Shown here one piece after another: positions 57,540-64,000 of a stretch of DNA of 64,000 nucleotides; position 1 is the stretch's first letter, and every line of letters starts with the position of its first letter. A program made the position numbers and the translations under genes. The stretch is from NCBI GenBank assembly GCA_009103225.1, contig RHPI01002714.1:4793-68792 (forward strand). The letters run 5' to 3'. The notes below the pieces were generated by a model. The model was not told the DNA's origin and made no database searches. It saw only the letters and a list, made by a program, of their open reading frames with translations. The stretch is from Chlorokybus atmophyticus. Taxonomy: Eukaryota > Plantae > Mesostigma and Chlorokybus algae.

Positions 57540-57830
57540 GCTGGACTGGTGTGTAACCTGCAGGTGCCTGTCACATAGGCTGAGTCACCTAAGTAAGACT
57601 GATGTGTAACTTACAGGTGCCCGTTGATTAGTTGTAGTCACCTAATAAGGCCTGATGTGTAACTAACAGTTGCCTGTAAATTACACAAAGTCATTTGTTA
57701 CGGCCTGGTGTGTGACTAACAGGTGCCTGTTAATTATATAAAGTCACCTGTTAAGGCCTGATAGGTAACCAACAGGCGCCTGTTAGTTAGGCATAGTCAA
57801 CTGTTAAAGACTAAATTGTAATTAAAAGGG
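57540..57830. repeat. E2 right subterminal tandem repeat, about 53 bp x 6, diverged
   Basis: Recurrent GCCTGATGTGTAACTAACAGGTGCCTGT..AGTCACCT. Confidence 0.85.
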
Positions 57831-57972
57831 CCTTACAGTAACGGAAGTTGCTATTAGGTCCCTGTATCAAGATTACAGGTGGCCTGAGCCACGACAGTCT
57901 AAATTAGTGTCCTCAGGTGCACGGCCGTTGCCAATATTTAGTCGGCCGGCAGGGAAAACATATTGCGACGTA

Positions 57973-59200
57973 GTGACCACGACATATTGCTGGGCAGGCG
58001 TGGCAGCAATGATTGCCGCCATCGTACAACGATCGTGGAGTGCGATAAGGTGAAGGCTAGCTTCAACACGAAGCATCCACAACTTCACCCACTCCTCATT
58101 TAGGGGTTGTTTTATTGTTGGAGTTAAGATCTGGCCGGAGATTTACCCGTCAACAAAAGAGGTTATTGCTACATCCTAGTAATAATCGAACATTTTAGCG
58201 AATGGGTGGAGGTAACCCCACTTGTGAACAAAGACAGCAACACTATTACATAGGCCTTCCTCAACTAAGTGTTGAGCAGATTTGGAGGATGTGCAGAGGT
58301 GCTAACAGGTAAAGGCACAGAGTTTCAGAGATCAAATGTGATAACTTGCTAAATAATTGCTTCATTGATCATTGTCACACGCATCGCAACCATCCCCAAG
58401 CTGAATAGGACTCACCGAGAGGATGGTGCACACTGTGAAAGGGGGATTGCACAACTTCTGCCGCAGCCACGACGACATCAACTGGGATCTCCAGCTGCCA
58501 TAGATTATGATGGGATACAGGTTCAGCCGACAGGCTGCATTGGGAGCATACAGCCCAAACCTCTTGCTGTATGGCCGCCATCCACATAGCTTCCAGCTGT
58601 TATTAGAAAGCCAGCAGAGGCGGTTGTAGATTTGCAAGATGAGCAAAGCTTTGCAAAAGAGCTCACTGCTAGAGCATTGTTCAAACGCGTTGTACCGATT
58701 GCAATGGACAAACTAGTCATTGCACACCACAAAGACACTCAGCGCTACGCTCGAGTGCGCAGCGAGTTCTACAAGCCCCGCATGCAAAAATTTGGAGCAG
58801 GGAATATATTTATCTCCACCGTTAAACCAAGGACACGTTGGACACTAGTGCCAGCAATATGATTCTTAGAGTCAAAGAGGTGCGCAATAGCGGCGTACTT
58901 TTACTCGAGGGCAGTGATGCCAGAACATGCGCAGAACAGATGAAAAACTATGCCCATTGCCATCTACCCAATATCGATAGGGCTGTGGACCCCAAGGCAG
59001 CTATTCCTGACGCAAGCCATTGATGCGAAGGATGCGCACGTGCTAACAGAGAAGCAATCATGCTGCCGTATGATACTTGCATGGCTAGCTGGCACATATG
59101 GTGCCTGTCGCCACCATTGGACAAGGTTCCAAAAAGAAATTGGATGTGTGAGGCCTGCCATATGCAGTTGGTCCACTTTGAAGAGTAAGAAGCCAATTAG
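57973..59200 (+). pseudogene. Old gypsy relic, part 3 (integrase and C-terminal PHD finger)
   Basis: TYCWAG..ECDKVK; EHFSEWVEV; then CEGCARANREAIMLPYDTC..WHIWCLSPPLDKVPKRNWMCEAC at about 59024-59160. Confidence 0.8.
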
Positions 59201-59229
59201 AGGGTAGGGGAGCTCGCTGTCCTGGTCAA

Positions 59230-59480
59230 CAGCGCGGGCAGCGTGGAGGCCAACGCCCATGAAGAGGCAGTCAGAGGGGAAGAAGAGCGAAGGACCCTGT
59301 GTTGGTGTGGGTATGTGGGTGGGTATGTGGGGGTGGGTGGGCGTGTTGTTTGTTTACCTGATGGCGCCTGTGGCGAGGTCTGGGTAGATGGCGTAGAGGA
59401 GTGTGCCGAATTGGATGAGCTGGGGCCTCTGTGTGCCACATCAACACAACTCAGCTCATGCACGTGCACGTGCACAAGCA

Positions 59481-59572
<92 letters not shown>

Positions 59573-60620
59573 NNNNNNNNNNNNNNNNNNNNNNNNNNNN
59601 NNNNNNNNNNNNNNNNNNNNNNNNNNNNNNNNNNNNNNNNNNNNNNNNNNNNNNNNNNNNNNNNNNNNNNNNNNNNNNNNNNNNNNNNNNNNNNNNNNNN
59701 NNNNNNNNNNNNNNNNNNNNNNNNNNNNNNNNNNNNNNNNNNNNNNNNNNNNNNNNNNNNNNNNNNNNNNNNNNNNNNNNNNNNNNNNNNNNNNNNNNNN
59801 NNNNNNNNNNNNNNNNNNNNNNNNNNNNNNNNNNNNNNNNNNNNNNNNNNNNNNNNNNNNNNNNNNNNNNNNNNNNNNNNNNNNNNNNNNNNNNNNNNNN
59901 NGCGGACCTTCTGGGCGAGAGGGAGGGTGGAGGGCAGGGTGATGTGGCCAGACCACGCTGTGCCGAGGGTGTTGCCCACCGCCACGCGGATAGCACCGGT
60001 GCTGTTAATGTTGGAGAGGGGTGAGGCTGAGTGTTGCGTGCAAGCGTGTATGTGTGTGCAAAGCATGCGCGCGCACACACATACACACACATACACACAC
60101 GTGCGTGCACAAGCTTACGTGAGTATGTATGTGGCGTAGATGGATGTGGTGGCTGAGCCGGATGGTTTGAACGTGGCAATGGAGGGATGGTCCGCCGTGA
60201 TACCCGAGTCCCCAGCGGCCTGTGACACATGTTTGCACGTGAGCATCATGCACATGTGTGCCATTCATTGGTAAGGAGGTAGAGAGTGTTGGGAGGTAGA
60301 GTGAATGTGTGCGTGTGTCCTCTCACCTCAATGTTGACGACGGCAGAGAAGGACTGGCCATCAGTAGAGGCAATGCTCTGCTGCTTGCGCACGTTGCTCA
60401 CATTGCCCTGTTGTGGTTGTTGCATACACACGCTCAGTATGCATGCTGGGCAACAACAACAACAACAAGAACAACAAAGTACTCACGGCGAAGGCGAGGA
60501 CAATCCCGCGGGGGAGTGGGAAGTTGGCCGCGTCAACCCCCTGAGCCACTGCACGCATCACACAATAGGTGAGACACCGCCACAACATGATGGTCTTGGC
60601 CAATACACATGACGCACCTC
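59230..60620 (-). CDS. Possible fragments of a multi-exon host gene
   Basis: Short coding-like blocks between CA/GA-rich introns (SNINSTGAIRVAVGNTLGTAWSGHITLP; IQFGTLLYAIYPDLATGAIR|gtaaac); product not recognised. Confidence 0.3.
59485..59572. repeat. (GA)n microsatellite running into an N gap (59573-59901)
   Basis: Pure GA run, then N. Confidence 0.97.
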
Positions 60621-60649
60621 GCTGCATGCATTAGCACAGTGACCTGCTC

Positions 60650-63600
60650 CACACACACACACACACACACACATGCTACCCACCTAGAGTGGCTGCCTGT
60701 GAAGCCGGGTGGCTCCCGGGTGTGAGGGATACAGTGGCGCTCACGTTGGCGACAGCCGCAACAACAAGGAGAAGGAGGAGAGAGCGCATGGCAGCCATTG
60801 TTGGTTGGAGACAAAGGGTGTGAGAGTGTGGGAGAGAATGTGGGAGAAGAAGAAGAGAAGAGACTACGAGGTTCTATTTGGAGCGGTGAGATGGGAGCTT
60901 ATATAGTGTGGGCAGCGCTAGTCTGGGCCGCTAAATATGGTAACGACAAAATCACCACTACGCCTGCACACACGTAGTTTGGAAGCACGTGTTGCCCCTT
61001 GTGCAACAACACAACCTTTGTGTGGGGGTAACGGTAAAGACACGCACATGCACCGTGCCTGTTTTCGGCAATAACTCATATGTCGATAACCGGAAGTGCT
61101 TTGGCATGCATGACACATGTGGGGCCCCCACCCACTTGCCTTATATGTACATGTCTGGCGTGAGGGTATATGATGCTCATTCCAATAAATCTTTCTCTTT
61201 GTGTGCAGCCTACTGCACACACTGGATTCCTGTGACTGTAGGCTACGCTACACAATGTCCGTGTGGGTGGGAAACTGTCAACTCGGATAACACACACAAA
61301 CATGGTAAACATTTTGTCCTTTTCCCAACAAGCGTCAGATGATGCTGACTTGGTGACACAGACTAGGCAGCATTTGCAGTGAGTGTGTGCATCTGTCGCC
61401 ACACACCTAGGCTATAGAGACATGTTGCATCGTTCGGAGACAGGCGAGTTCGTTCAACGGTGCATGCACCAGGCATGTCCTTCAATAGCCACTTCCAGTC
61501 CTGTGCTTTACCAAAGTCAGTACGTGCAGCACAACGCATACGCATGCCTGTCACGTCACCCGCGGCTCCTCTGTCTTACCATATGCAGCATGTCCTTATT
61601 GAGTAAGATTCCTTGAAGCGGAGGAGGGTGAAAGTTGTACCGTGAAACCCAGGCTATAAGGCGGCTGTGATACTGTCTATCATGTGCCATCTCATGCGCT
61701 TTGGCGGGGTTCCTCATTGGCGTACGAGAACAGTATGCTCTCCAACGTTAAAGCAGGAATTATAGTAGTGCGATGTTTTACAGCTTGACATGCATCCAAT
61801 TGACAATCTGAGGTGTTAATGTTAATATTGTGTTGACTTGCATGCAACGTCAGACGCACGCTGAACGCACCTGCATAAACCAACATGCGAAGTGAATACA
61901 TGCTTATATAAAATTACATAACATGCATATCAGCATTGTTGTGTCCCCGTTGTCATAAGGTTGATATAAAACGCCACACCTTGATTAACATGATTGGTTT
62001 GTGGGCTGCATGAAAAGGCGTTCATTAGATTGCAAGCGCCATATGCATGCATCCATCTACACCCCCTCCCTCCCAAAATTACGCCTACACGCACATACAC
62101 GATATACTATATGACACCAAAGGGACTTGTAAGTTGCATGCACCTATCATCAAGTTTTTACAACCCGTCATCAACCATTAAATAACCCTTAATTGCATGT
62201 AATGCTTTTTTAAGTTCAATAGTTAACACAGTGCATATCGCACGCAACCAGCACCGGGTGCTGCGTGTCATGCCATGAGCACTCATTGCCATGAGCACTT
62301 GACATGAGCAGTATTACAACGAACCATTTGCTGAGGAGCACAGGCATACATATACATACACACTTGTAACAGCCAAAACCATTCTGTACAAGTGAAGGAT
62401 GTTCTACGCATGCAATGCAACCACTGCACTGCTTGCAGCCAGTAGGACTAAACAACTACACCATTGTATACAGCAAAGAAGGTCGTGCTATCTGCTGGTC
62501 TCAACTCTACTAGCGACTCCCGGTAGATCCCCTTATCGATCCAGAGATCAAGGTGGGCAGGCGACCCAATGCATTTCGTCATATTTACGTACACCCGCTC
62601 TGCGAGGGCAGCTGGAGTGTACACCCCAGCTGGAGTGTATACCCCAGCCCCATGTTACTCGGTGTGACCTTCGAGGAGAAGGCGTGCGCAAACGTCACCA
62701 TCGCTGTTCAGCACCACCCACCCAGACTATAGGCTCGCAGGAGAAGTAGCGCCCCCAACTAGAGCTATGGTCACGAACATGGTTTTGTCGCCGTTCATGC
62801 CCATGCTTGCGGAGGGGAGTCCAGTACATTTGAAGGGGAGGGTCATCCTCGCTTGCCTCTGGTAGCCCCACGCTCACAGGGACGTCATAGCACTGAGGGT
62901 TTACCGTCGCCACGCTGGCAATAAGATCAGCACTCACAGCAATAGCCTCCGTGGCTCTGCTTGGTCGCACATAACGCTTAGGCATTGGCATTGCCTTAGC
63001 ATCATCCATCGCCGCCGCCATCATGCATCATCACATGCATGCAATAAAGGCAGCCTTGTCTCAAGATTGCCACCACGGCTATGAGGATGTCGCGTTTGAA
63101 CCGAATTCCTATTTAGTTTCCTATTCCTGTGCGAATCCACCAGACCGGATGTAAGGAGACAGATGGTCACGGCAGTTACAATTGTTGTGACTGAATAGTT
63201 GTAGTAGTACTCGACTAACATTCTCATGTAGTCAGTTAGTAACGCAAGCTCTTTCTTTCTCGCTCATTGGCGATACATTGTTGACTTTTAGCTTCTCCCG
63301 TACCTTGTGGTTAGCTGCTTGAAGTTGACATAACTTGCTTGACTCTGTTGCAACAGCAAGTTGTTCCTAAAATGAAAGAGTGTGAGCGTTGAGATAGTGT
63401 GTTGATGTTGTGAGCATAGTGCATGCCTTCGCGAAGCCTGCCGTTATCTCGCATACATTGCGGCCACCCCAATGCTACTACGCCAGCCAGAGCCGACCGT
63501 GTTCTCTCCACACTTGTAACATGTACGGTTTGTGCACTGCATGCTCTCAATACTACAGTTAAGTTGCATGCAGAGAGCATTAAGAGTGACTTAGCACCAA

Positions 63601-64000
63601 CTCCGAGTGCTTCGTTCTGTACACCTTCACAGGATCACCGTATTGTGATTGCATGATATGCATTGAGTGTTTCCAGTTTGTAAGCTTTACAACTACCAGT
63701 GGAACAACCGTTGCGCCTAACTTCATCATTGCTTTTTCGCACACTTTCTCACCATCCTAGAAAGAAGGGGAGCGAGCTGTGCTGGGCAAGATTCACTTAC
63801 ATTACCAACTGCACAGTGTTACATTTGCTGGTTGTTGTAATCTTTTGTGTCTGTCCTCTCAGAGGACTGATGCAAGCAGCTCATATAGGTGACTTGTTGG
63901 AGCAGGTATACATTATATTGCGGTCTGAAGGCAAGATTAGCAACGATAACTAGTGGCCGGAGCTTCCATCCATAAGGTGGAAGAAGCGCAAGAGCGGTGC
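60650..64000 (+). repeat. Segmental direct repeat, copy 2
   Basis: Collinear with 1-3365, with scattered substitutions and small indels. Confidence 0.95.

Larger units (their letters stand above)
43402..57970 (+). mobile_element. E2: 14.6-kb Plavaka-type TIR DNA transposon
   Basis: TA|CGTCGCAA ... TTGCGACG|TA. Removing the element and one TA restores the host gypsy frame GHFGVKRTLAL-VTTTYCWAG. Confidence 0.9.

Noticed and set aside
59197-60230. ER- and LS-repeat ORFs
   Set aside because: Translations of the (GA)n microsatellite plus the N gap.
1-64000. tRNA or rRNA genes; Helitron, Polinton or giant-virus hallmark genes
   Set aside because: No cloverleaf or rRNA signature, and no Rep/helicase, polB, capsid or packaging ATPase motifs seen in the ORF track.

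Overview
Eukaryotic, intron-containing DNA. The CA/GA microsatellites, short GT-AG introns and retroelement types suggest a chlorophyte green alga (inference). About 56 kb of nested transposons lie between two direct copies of a >=3.3 kb segment (1-3365 and 60650-64000). Two giant terminal-inverted-repeat (TIR) DNA transposons of the CACTA/EnSpm superfamily dominate the window. E1 (6848-39775) has CACC(G/A)G ends, AAA on both sides and a decayed Tnp2-type transposase. E2 (43402-57970) has CGTCGCAA ends, a TA target-site duplication (TSD) and a Plavaka-type transposase. Despite different transposases and ends, both carry a homologous cargo: an unrecognised CWHH..CRL..CxCxxC..FEWxGEPM domain, a Tudor-like domain, a compact bacterial/phage-style C5 DNA methyltransferase, and an OTU-like protease. 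E1 also carries an NSD-type PHD-C5HCH reader, a Ulp1/SENP protease, a captured retrotransposon Gag domain, a TnpA-like gene and a 25-copy 216-bp array. A young full-length Ty3/gypsy chromovirus sits in an intron of the E1 Ulp1 gene; it has in-frame UAG-separated gag/pol, an extra Dam-like segment and a probable leader intron. Also present: two Ty1/copia relics and an old PHD-bearing gypsy relic that both E2 and the second copia interrupt. No rRNA, tRNA or CRISPR array was seen. All domain calls are by-eye motif recognition; no database searches were run.
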